From positions 110,236,001 through 110,300,000 of the forward strand of contig JBNRSN020000010.1 of the NCBI GenBank assembly GCA_051313645.2: a stretch of 64,000 bases of DNA, in the 5' to 3' direction. Source of the DNA: Centroscyllium fabricii. Taxonomy: Eukaryota. The translations under genes were made by a program, and so were the position numbers. This document shows positions 25,141 through 35,145 of this stretch, piece by piece. The notes under the pieces are model-generated. The model worked only from the letters and a program-made list of their open reading frames with translations, had not been told where the DNA came from and made no database searches. Position 1 is the stretch's first letter. Every line of letters starts with the position of its first letter.

Positions 25141-28100
25141 CTCAGCAGCCTTCCATCCGCCTTGCTGCAGCCACTGGGGCCACATTGAGGAGAAGCAGTA
25201 GGGTTGGGAGGGGAGAATTGCAAAAGGGAGATAATTGAGGAAGGCCCAGTAAATAAAATCTTAATAGCAAATGGGGGGAGTGTGTGTACAAAAGTTGATG
25301 TGTTTGTAAATATATTGTTCAGTTCAGTGAGAAATAGTTCCATTTATTAAGAACCAGTTGTGTTTGTTCATAAATTTTTGTGTTTGATAAGAGAGAGTTG
25401 TGCAGAATAATAAATGTTTATTTCGAAGTAGCAAATTTCATGATGTTTCTCATTTGATAGGAGCTGCAAGCTGGCTGGAATGATGTGGTTGTTCTGCGCA
25501 AATGCCATGTGCTCTCTCATTTATTGGAAGCACTATAATCAGACGTTCACGAATGGCTCTTACAGAAGCAACATTGAGTGGCTCCCTCCTACATTGGTGC
25601 TGTTCATCCTCCTCTTCATCCTCCTCCTCTGCTTCCTCCTCATACGCTCCCTCTTCCGCCTCCTGAGGTGGTCCACCAATCCCTGGTGGCAATGGCTGGG
25701 CTCTCAGAATGGCCAGGTTGTGTAGCATGCAGCACACAACAATGAAAATGGAGACTCGATCAGGGGAGCACTCCAGGGCTCCTCCAGAGCAGTCAAGGCA
25801 GCGGAACTGTTACTTTAGCACAACAATAGTCTGTTCGATCAGGTTCCTGGTGGCGCTATGGCTCTCATTGTATGTGTGCTCAGCAGGAGTGTTAGGGTTG
25901 TGGAGGGGTGTTGTTGGGGTTATCCGACCTCCTATCTAAAGTTTTTACCAAAGAGACGCAGTGCACCGGAGCACAGGTAAAACAGATCTTTTATCTTGAA
26001 CTCCATACAATGACTGTTGGAAAAGAGCGCGAAAGCACGATGCATTGTGGGAAAAGAGATGGACAGTTCCTTAGGCCACTCAGGAACCAGGACAGGGACG
26101 CCAGGTGCCCAATAGGGAAATGTAGGCGGGACCGACTGCGAAATGGGGATTGTGGCTTATAGGGAAGACCCAGGGACTTCCCTTGGTAGCTACGCTACAT
26201 ACACCCCCCCAGAATCTTCATGAACGTGGTAGGTCAACCTCCGAGGGGGCTTGACCAGGCGGCCGGAGCATGTGTGATAGCCCGCAGGTGCGGGTGAGGC
26301 GAGGACGGGCGTGCCAAGGCCGGGGCTAAGGGTCTGCCGGGGCACCGAAGTGGGGGGCGAAAACGGCATTGGAACCGGGGATGGTGCGGGCGACGGGGCC
26401 GGGCCCGGTGGAGCCTCATGTGTGGAGGAAGAGAATACAATGCGGGGGCCCGAAGGACATTGATTAGGCCGAGTGGAATCCAAGTGGGCCGCTTTAAGCC
26501 TGTCAATGGAAACGAGGTCCCGTCTACCTCCCAGTTGTGGGGCGCCATCGCCGCAGGCCTGGAGACTAAATTGCAATGCACTACAGCCTACCACCCCCAG
26601 GCCAACGGTTTATGCGAACGTTTCCATCGCGCTCTCAAGGCCTCGCTCCGCGCCAGCTTGGCCGACGCCAACTGGAGGAAAGCTTTGTCGCCCGCTTCCA
26701 GGACGCAGAAGGGGCCTGTGTACGGCGCCTGCAAGGGTGTCTTGTGTGCGTTGCGGTGAACGAACACGAACTGGGCCTGGCAGAACTCGATGGGCATGTG
26801 GGACGACTGGACCCCGTGCAACGTGGTGGGCACGGGGAGAAAACGATGGGCGGCGTCGTTGTGTCGAGCTAGCTGTTCGCCTGCTGACCAACCCACATTG
26901 ACGGAGGGAAAGAACTCCCCGGGGATGCGCAGGGGGTGTCCTAGGACGAGTTCGGCCGAAGACACGCCGAGGTCATCTTTAGGTGCCGATCGCAATCCGA
27001 GCAGGACCCAAGGGAGTCTGTCAAGCCAGTTGGCGTCGGCCAAGCTGGCGCGGAGCGAGGCATTGAGGGCGCGATGGAAACGTTCGCATAAACCGTTGGC
27101 CTGGGGGTGGTAGGCTGTAGTGCATTGCAATTTAGTCTCCAGGCCTGCGGCGATGGCGCCCCACAACTGGGAGGTGATCTACGGGCCTCTGTCAGAGGTT
27201 ATGTCCGATGGGACCCTGAACCAGGCTACCCAGGCAAAGATAAAGGCGCGTGCCACATCGGCCGTGGCAGTGGACGACAGGAATACGACCTCCGGCCACC
27301 TGGTGGTGCGGTCGACGATGGTGAGGAGGTGCGTCAATCCCTGTAAAGTGGGTAAGGGGCCGACTAAATTCATGTGCACGTGGTCAAACCGGCACTCGGG
27401 GACCAGGAAGTGTTGTAGGGGTCCTTGGTGTGTTGGAGCACCTTGGCGCGCTGGCAATCGGGACAGGTGTTAATCCAGTCCCTCACGTCCTTGTGCAGGC
27501 CGGGCCACACAAATTTAGAGGACATCAGCTTCTGGGAAGCTCGCATGCCCGGATGGGAAAGAACGTGGACCAGGTCAAAAATGTGCCTGCGCCACGAGGT
27601 GAGCTCTAACGGCCTGGGATAGGCCATGGAAGTGTCACATAAGAGTGTCGTGCTGGCTGTCTGGAAAGGAATGTCCGTCAGGGTCAGGCCGGTGGGTGGG
27701 CACAGAACAAAGAGACTGCAGTTCAGCATCTGCCCGCTGAGCCTGCGCCATGTCCGTGTAATCGACACCGACCTGGACCGCGTGGAGGGAAGGCTGGGAG
27801 AGGCAGTCAGCTACGACATTGTCCTTGCCGGACACGTGGCGGATGTCGGTAAATTCCGAAATAAAATTTAGGTGATGCTGTTGGCGCTCTGACCAGGGTT
27901 CCGTGACCTTGGCCATGGCAAAAATGAGGGGTTTATGGTCCACGTAGGCGGTGAACGGGTGGCCCTCCAGCAGGAAACGAAAATTCCGCACGGCGAGAAA
28001 AAGAGCTAGCAGCTCCTGATCGAAGGTGCTGTAGGTGAGCTCGTTTTTCTGCAGTTGGCGGCTAAAAAATGCGAGGGGCCAGGCACTGTCCACCCACTGT

Positions 28101-30369
28101 TGCTGCACGGCGCCTATGGCATAATCCGAGGCGTCGGTGGTGAGTGCCAGGGGAGCGCCTGGGATGGGATGGGCCAAAAGGGTGACTTCCGCCAAGGCTG
28201 CCTTGGCTAGGCTAAAGGCCTTAGCCATGTCGGCCGTCGAGGACTGATGTATCGTCAATGAGACAAAGACGAGTAGTTACCTTAACTAGAGGCTTTTATT
28301 CACTTTACAATGGAGCTACTCTCCAGTCGAACATTGGGAACAGAATGTATGGGGGCAGGTCAGACCTCACCTATAAGGCGCTCACCTGAGGGGAAGAGTT
28401 AGAGGTGTGGCTGACCTGACCTCGCGACAGTGTCGTTATACAAAACTATATACAATGCACCCAGCCACTTTACATGTTGGTCTGTAGTGTGCTCAACTAT
28501 ATACACTGGTAATCATGATTACCACATTCACCCCTTCTTTGAAAATTGAGTCCGGTGGGGTGAATGGATAGAACCTGTTAATGCAGGGAAGGAATTCTTT
28601 TTTGTATATTGTTGTATGAGTCCAGCTCAACAGTTTACAATGAGTCTCTCCGGCAGTCGTGTCTGCCTTGAGGACCGCCGGGGTTCTGGTAGCGGCGCTG
28701 GTGCCGGTTGTGGCGGCGGGGCCGGGTCCTCCGGCAGCTGTGTCTGTGGTGTGGCGTCTGGTTCTCGGTCCTCAGCTGGTAGTGTCGGGGGCCCCGGTGT
28801 GTGCGTGTGCCTAGGCCAGGATCCGGTGGGTTGTGGTTGGTGTGTAGGCCAGTGGTCGGTAGGCGGTGGCTGGTCGGGCTGAGGCTCGACCAGCGGCTCT
28901 GCTGTGGTGCTCCCGGCGGGCGCTAGGTCCCTGATGGAAACTGTGACCTCGCACCCGTCCGGGAACTGCACGTAGGCGTACTGCGGGTTGGCGTGCAGCA
29001 GCTGCACCTTTTCCACCAGGGGGTCGGTCTTATGGCCGCGGACATGTTTTCTAAGGAAGACTGGCCCCAGCATCGTGAGCCATGGTGGGAGTGCTGTCCC
29101 CGAAGTCGACTTCCTGGGGAATGAAAACAGCAAGTCGTGAGGTGTGGCGTTGGTTGCTGTACACAGCAGAGAGCGGATGGAGTGGAGTGCGTCTGGGAGG
29201 ACTGCCTGCCAACGAGACACTGGAAGGCCTCTGGACTTCAGGGCCAGGCTGACCACCTTCCAGATGATCCCGTTCTTCCTTTCTACCTGGCCGTTCCCCC
29301 GGGGGTTGTAACTGGTCGTTCTGCTTGAGGCAACCCCTTTCAGAAGCAGAAACTGACGCAGATCGTCGCTCATGAACGACGACCCCCGGTCACTATGGAT
29401 GTAGCTGGGGAGACCGAAAATGGCGAACAGCGTGGTGAAGTGTTTGATCACCGTTGCGCTCATCATGTCTGGGCAGGGGAAGGCAAAGGGGAAGCGGGAG
29501 AACTCGTCTACGACCGTGAGGAATTACGAGTTGCGGTCGGTGGAGGGGAGGGGGCCTTTGAAGTCCACGCTTAGACGTTCAAAGGGGCGGGTGGCCTTAA
29601 TGAGGTGTGCCATGTCTGGCCTGTAAAATTGGGGTTTGCACTCGGCACAGAGAGGGCACTCTCGGGTCATAGCCTTGATCTCCGTGATGGAGTAGGGGAG
29701 GCTACCAGATTTAACGAAATGGGCAAGTCTGGTGATACCCGGGTGGCAGAGGCGATCGTGGAGTTCCTTCAGCTGGTCTAGCTGGGCACTGGCGCACGTT
29801 CCCCTGGACAGTGCGTCCGGGGGTTCATTGAGTTTGCCTGGTCGGTAAAGAATGTCGTACTCGTAAGTCAAGAGCTCGATCCGCCACCGCAGGATCTTAT
29901 CATTCTTGATTTTACCCTTTTGTTTATTGTTAAACATAAACGCAACCGACCGTTGGTCGGTGAGCAGGGTAATATACTTGTAACCGTCAATAACGTCTTC
30001 GGAGTCGAATAGTAGGTTATAATAATCAGGCTTTTATTAACTACGTTAGAGATACACAACCGAGCTGACTGTCCCCAGAATAGTGCGGGGGATGGGGACA
30101 GTCCTTTATATACCTCCTCCAGTGGGGGAGGAGTCATGGGCGGCGCCAGGTATGTCCCTGGGATCTCATACAGGTGTTACATGGTATTACAGTGCTATAC
30201 AGGTGTTACATGGTATTACAGTGATATACAGTTTATCACATTCACCCCTTCTTTAAAAACCAAAGTACGGTGGGGTGAACAACACACGGGGGGTACAAAA
30301 AGGAAAAAGAAAAAACAACTAATTACACGGTGCTCATTAACGAAATATATACAATTAATGTTCTTTTGA

Positions 30370-33300
30370 CTATATGTTTAGTCTTTCAGGCGGTTTCGTT
30401 GTCCGCGCTGATCTTCGCAGCGCTGGTGGTGCCTGTGGTGTTCGTTGTCGTGGAGTGGCTTGCCGTGCTGGCGGTGCCTGTGGTGTTCGTTGTCGTGGAG
30501 TGGCTGGTTGCGTCGGTTGTTCCTTTTCTGCTGGTTGGCTGGTGGTGGTTATGTCACTTCCGGGTGGCGGTGATGCCCTGATTTCGACAGCAGGGGGCGC
30601 GCTCTCTCTTTCGTCCTCTGGCTCTAGGGGGAGCGCATTGTGGATCCAGGCTTGGGGCTGGGTCGTGCTGCGCGCAGGTGCCTTGTGGACATACTGGGGT
30701 ACTGGGCCCACGTGTCGGAGCGTGTACTTCGACTTCGGTGGCTCGGGGGGCGTCACAGGGGGTTTTGGGAGCTCGGGCTGCCTGGCCGGGCTGGTTTTGG
30801 GGATCCCTGCTGGGGCTAGGTCCTTTATGGACACGGTGTCCTCCCTCCCGTCGGGGTACGTTATGTAAGCGTACTGGGGATTGGCGTGCAGGAGGTGGAC
30901 CCGTTCGACTAGGGGATCTGCCTTGTGTCCCCTCACATGCTTCCGCAGCAGGACCGGTCCCGGAGATAGCAGCCACGATGGTAGCGAGGTCCCGGAAGCT
31001 GACTTCCTGGGGAAGGCAAAAAGTCTTTCGTGAGGGGTGGCGTTAGTGGCAGTACACAATAGGGACCGGATAGAGTGGAGTGCTTCAGGGAGAACGTCCT
31101 GCCATCGGGTGACTGGGAGGTCTTTTGACTTTAGGGCTAACTGGATGGCTTTCCAGACCGTGGCGTTCTCTCTCTCTACCTGCCCGTTCCCCCGGGGGTT
31201 GTAGCTGGTAGTCCTGCTAGTTGCAATGCCTTTTGCTAGCAGAAACTGACGCAGCTCGTCGCTCATAAAAGAGGCCCCCCGGTCACTATGGATATAGTTC
31301 GGGTACCCGAACAGGGAGAAGATGCTACTGAGGGCTTTGATAACAGTGGCGGAGGTCATGTCCTGGCAGGGGATGGCGAAGGGGAAACGGGAGTACTCAT
31401 CTATAACGTTGAGGAAATAGACGTTCCTGTTGGCTGAGGGAAGGGGCCCTTTAAAATCGACGCTGAGTCGTTCAAAGGGGCGGGTGGCCTTGATTAAGTG
31501 CGCCCGGTCGGGCCGGTAGAAGTGCGGCTTGCACTCCGCGCAGACCTGGCAGTTGCTAGTCATGGTCTTGACTTCTTCGATGGAGTAGGGGAGGTTGCGG
31601 GACTTCACGAAGTGAACCAACCTGGTGACCCCCGGGTGGCAGAGGTCGTTGTGAAGGGTTTGGAGACGGTCAGCCTGTGCGCTGGCACAGGTACCGCGGG
31701 ATAGGGCATCTGGGGGTTCGTTAAATTTCCCGGGCCGATACAAAATATCATAATTGAACGCTGATAGTTCAATTCTCCACCTTAATATTTTGTCGTTCTT
31801 GATCTTACCCCGCTCTTTGTTGTTGAACATGAAAGCGACTGAGCGTTGGTCAGTCAGCAGGGTAAAACGCTTTCCGGCCAGGTAGTGCTTCCAATGCCGC
31901 ACTGCTTCAACAATTGCTTGGGCCTCCTTTTCGATTGAGGAATGGCGGGTTTCTGGGCCTTGGAGGGTACGTGAAAAGAAGGCCACAGGTCTGCCCGCCT
32001 GGTTAAGGGTGGCGGCCAGGGCAAAGTCAGATGCATCACTTTCCACTTGGAATGGGACGGACTCATCCACCGCGTGCATCGTGGCTTTGGCTATGTCCTT
32101 TTTAATTCTGCAGAATGCCGAGTTGGCTTCTGCAGAAAGTGGGAAAAAGGTTGATTTTAATAGTGGGCGAGCTTTGTCCGCATAATTGGGGACCCACTGG
32201 GCATAATAAGCGAAGAATCCCAAAATCCGTTTAAGAGATTTGGGGGAGTGGGGGAGGGGAAGCTCCATGAGGGGGCGCATGCGGTCCGGGTCTGGACCGA
32301 TGACTCCATTTTCCACCACGTTGCCGAGGATGGCGAGGCGGCCGGTGTTAAACACACATTTCTCCTTATTATACGTGAGGTTCAGGGTTTTGGCGGTGTG
32401 GAGAAATTTTTGGAGGTTGGTGTCATGGTCCTGCTGGTCATGGCCGCAGATGGTCACATTATCGAGGTACGGGAAGGTCGCTCGCAGCCCGTACCGATCA
32501 ACCATTCGGTCCATCTCCCTTTGGAAGACCGAGACCCCGTTCGTGACTCCGAACGGCACCCTAAGGAAGTGGTAGAGGCGGCCGTCAGCCTCGAAAGCAG
32601 TATACAGACGGTCCTGTGGGCGGATGGGAAGCTGGTGATAGGCAGATTTTAGGTCGATGGTTGAAAATACTTTAAACTGTGCGATTTGGTTCACCATGTC
32701 TGCTATCCGGGGGAGGGGGTAGGCATCTAACTGGGTGAACCGGTTTATGGTCTGGCTGTAATCCACTACCATCCTATTCTTCTCCCCGGTTTTCACCACA
32801 ACTACCTGTGCTCTCCAAGGGCTATTGCTGGCCTCTATGACCCCTTCTTTTAGGAGGCGCTGCACCTCGGATTTTATAAATGCCCTGTCCCCAGCACTGT
32901 AGCGCCTACTCTTGGTGGCGACGGGCTTACAGTCTGGGGTGAGGTTAGCAAAGAGGGATGGAGGGGCAACCTTAAGGGTTGAGAGGCCGCAGGTAGTATA
33001 CTGGGGATGCCGCTTTGAGCCGCGGTTTGTGACCGTGAGGGGAGGGAGGGGTCCACCGAAAGCCATCGTAACGCTCTGAAGGTGGCACTGGAAATCCAGT
33101 CCCAGGAGTAGGGGGGCGCAGAGCTGCGGCAGCACGTAAAAACTAAACTTGTTAAAGATTGCCCCCTTTACGTTTAGGGTTACACTACAGCGCCCGGTGA
33201 CGTCAGCGGATTCTGACTTTGACGCCATGGATATTCTCTGGCGCGCAGGGATTACTTTAAGAGAGAGGCGCTTAACAGTATTCTTATGGACAAAACTTAC

Positions 33301-33723
33301 TGTGCTCCCGCTGTCGAACAGGCACACCACCTCTTCACCGTTAACTTCCACCGGCATCATTGATCTCCCCAGTGGCTGGATTGTCTTCTGGTCTAGGCTC
33401 ATGGATGCTAGTACCGGGTCCTCCCCAAAGTCTTGATCCGGAGAGTAGTTATCTTGGTCCGGAGAGTAGTTATTTTGATCCGGAGAGTAGTCCTCCAGGT
33501 CAGTTTCCTGGGATGGCTGCCTCCATGTGCTGTACTGTTGAGTGGGGGATGGGTGCTGCCTTGAGTGCTGCTGGGTGGGGGATGGGCGAGCCTGCTGTTC
33601 CCTTGTTCCACAGGCAGCGCTGCCCAGTCTTGATTTAACATATGGGCCTTTGCAGACCTTTGCATAGTGTCCCTTTTTGTCGCACTTGGAGCAGATCGCT
33701 TCTCTGGCGGGGCAGCTGTCCAA
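30370..33723 (-). CDS. Element C pol (zinc knuckle, protease, RT, RNase H, integrase), 1117 aa open
   Basis: CSKCDKKGHYAKVC, LFDSGS, YLDN, ESDASD, HNDLCH...CQVC, HSDRG, GNGQVEREN. Confidence 0.9.
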   Translation of the reverse strand: MDSCPAREAICSKCDKKGHYAKVCKGPYVKSRLGSAACGTREQQARPSPTQQHSRQHPSPTQQYSTWRQPSQETDLEDYSPDQNNYSPDQDNYSPDQDFGEDPVLASMSLDQKTIQPLGRSMMPVEVNGEEVVCLFDSGSTVSFVHKNTVKRLSLKVIPARQRISMASKSESADVTGRCSVTLNVKGAIFNKFSFYVLPQLCAPLLLGLDFQCHLQSVTMAFGGPLPPLTVTNRGSKRHPQYTTCGLSTLKVAPPSLFANLTPDCKPVATKSRRYSAGDRAFIKSEVQRLLKEGVIEASNSPWRAQVVVVKTGEKNRMVVDYSQTINRFTQLDAYPLPRIADMVNQIAQFKVFSTIDLKSAYHQLPIRPQDRLYTAFEADGRLYHFLRVPFGVTNGVSVFQREMDRMVDRYGLRATFPYLDNVTICGHDQQDHDTNLQKFLHTAKTLNLTYNKEKCVFNTGRLAILGNVVENGVIGPDPDRMRPLMELPLPHSPKSLKRILGFFAYYAQWVPNYADKARPLLKSTFFPLSAEANSAFCRIKKDIAKATMHAVDESVPFQVESDASDFALAATLNQAGRPVAFFSRTLQGPETRHSSIEKEAQAIVEAVRHWKHYLAGKRFTLLTDQRSVAFMFNNKERGKIKNDKILRWRIELSAFNYDILYRPGKFNEPPDALSRGTCASAQADRLQTLHNDLCHPGVTRLVHFVKSRNLPYSIEEVKTMTSNCQVCAECKPHFYRPDRAHLIKATRPFERLSVDFKGPLPSANRNVYFLNVIDEYSRFPFAIPCQDMTSATVIKALSSIFSLFGYPNYIHSDRGASFMSDELRQFLLAKGIATSRTTSYNPRGNGQVERENATVWKAIQLALKSKDLPVTRWQDVLPEALHSIRSLLCTATNATPHERLFAFPRKSASGTSLPSWLLSPGPVLLRKHVRGHKADPLVERVHLLHANPQYAYITYPDGREDTVSIKDLAPAGIPKTSPARQPELPKPPVTPPEPPKSKYTLRHVGPVPQYVHKAPARSTTQPQAWIHNALPLEPEDERESAPPAVEIRASPPPGSDITTTSQPAEKEQPTQPATPRQRTPQAPPARQATPRQRTPQAPPALRRSARTTKPPERLNI

Positions 33724-34292
33724 GATTGCGGGGCTGGGCCCGTGTAGTTGGTAGAATAGGATGATAAATCCGTAGAGGCGCTATCTAGCGCGTGTCCCAA
33801 ATCGATAGTGGCCTGTAAGTCCTGGCCATTCTGTTCTAGCAGTCTTTGTCTAGCATAGTCCGATTTTAGGCCTGTTACATAGGCATCCCTGATAAGACTC
33901 TCCATATGTACTAGGGCCGTTTGCGCTCTGCAGTCACAGTCCCGTGCCAGGGTTCTGAGGGCTCTTAGAAACTGCACACTTGATTCGTGGTCCTGTTGTT
34001 TTCGGGTGGCCAGTATGTGCCTCGCGTGGACTCTGTTTGGCGCCCGATTGTATTCCCCGTCGAGGGTCCTGAGGGCTTCTTGGAATGATGAGGCGTCCAC
34101 TATCATCGAGTATACTTGCGGGCCCACCCGGGCGTGGAGGAGCCGTCGTTTTTGCTCCTCGGTCATTATGTCCGCTGCGTTGGCTCTAATGTATCCTTCC
34201 AGTACATTTCGCCAGTGTGAGAAAGCGTTTGATGCTCCAGGCGATCGGGGGTCAACCTCGAACACTGATGGTTTCAACATTGAAGTATCCAT
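33408..34292 (-). CDS. Element C gag, out of frame with pol
   Basis: Homologous to the N-terminus of D gag-pol (ARHILATRKQ, IRDAYVTGL, ARQRLLE). Confidence 0.85.
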   Translation of the reverse strand: MDTSMLKPSVFEVDPRSPGASNAFSHWRNVLEGYIRANAADIMTEEQKRRLLHARVGPQVYSMIVDASSFQEALRTLDGEYNRAPNRVHARHILATRKQQDHESSVQFLRALRTLARDCDCRAQTALVHMESLIRDAYVTGLKSDYARQRLLEQNGQDLQATIDLGHALDSASTDLSSYSTNYTGPAPQSWTAAPPEKRSAPSATKRDTMQRSAKAHMLNQDWAALPVEQGNSRLAHPPPSSTQGSTHPPLNSTAHGGSHPRKLTWRTTLRIKITTLRTKITTLRIKTLGRTRY

Positions 34293-35145
34293 TTCAAGTA
34301 GTTAATAAAATTGTAACCGTCAATAACGTCTTCGGAGTCGAATAGTAGGTTATAATAATCAGGCTTTTATTAACTACGTTAGAGATACACAACCGAGCTG
34401 ACTGTCCCCAGAATAGTGCAGGGGATGGGGACAGTCCTTTATATACCTCCTCCAGTGGGGGAGGAGTCATGGGCGGCGCCAGGTATGTCCCTGGGATCTC
34501 ATACAGGTGTTACATGGTATTACAGTGCTATACAGGTGTTACATGGTATTACAGTGATATACAGTTTATCACAATACTTACCGGCCAGGTAATGACACCA
34601 GTAGCGCACGGCCTCCACGATGGCCTGGGCCTCCTTTTCCACTTCAGAGTGGTGAGTTTCGAGTCCCTGTAGGGTGCGGGAGAAAAACGCTATGGGCCTG
34701 CCTGCCTGATTCAGGGTGGCGGCAAGGGCAAAGTCCGAAGCGTCACTCTCCACCTGGAAAGGGATGGACTCATCAACGGCGAGCATGGTCGCCTTGATAA
34801 TATCTTCCTTGATCCGGGCGAACGCCGTTTGGACTTCTACCGAGAGGGGAAAGACGGCAGCCTTGAGGAGCGGTCTGGCCTTATCCGCGAACTGGGGAAC
34901 CCATTGCGCGTAATAGGAGAAAAATCGCAGACATCTCCTCAGGGCTTTGGGTTTGTGAGGTAGGGGCAGTTCCTGTAAGGGACACATACGCTGTGGGTCG
35001 GGGCCGAGGACCCCGTTTTCCACCACGTATCCGAGGATGGCGAGCCGATCTGTACTAAAGACGCACTTGTCTTTAAAGTACGTGAGATTGAGCCGTTTTG
35101 CCGTGTGGAGGAATTTGGCCAGGTTGGCATCGTGGTCCTGCTGGT

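Larger units (their letters stand above)
18067..25260 (+). pseudogene. Harbinger Myb/SANT-like DNA-binding protein gene remnant; exons ~18067-18309, 21525-21687, 21834-22805 + 25141-~25260
   Basis: MADQRPRERARRFSNQALEALVAAVE...RIHTQCHKKFNDLTQVVR|gtgagt; ttgcag|AKLAHNSREQ; ttcag|D... Contains stops and frameshifts. Confidence 0.7.
29979..34573 (-). mobile_element. Gypsy element C; LTRs 29979-30240 and 34312-34573
   Basis: 262-bp LTRs with 1 difference seen and an atact TSD. Inserted in the RNase H of B. Confidence 0.96.

Noticed and set aside
25450-25737. Host HARBI1 gene
   Set aside because: It lies within TIRs beside a Myb/SANT partner, has stops and is split by insertions, so it is a dead transposon copy.
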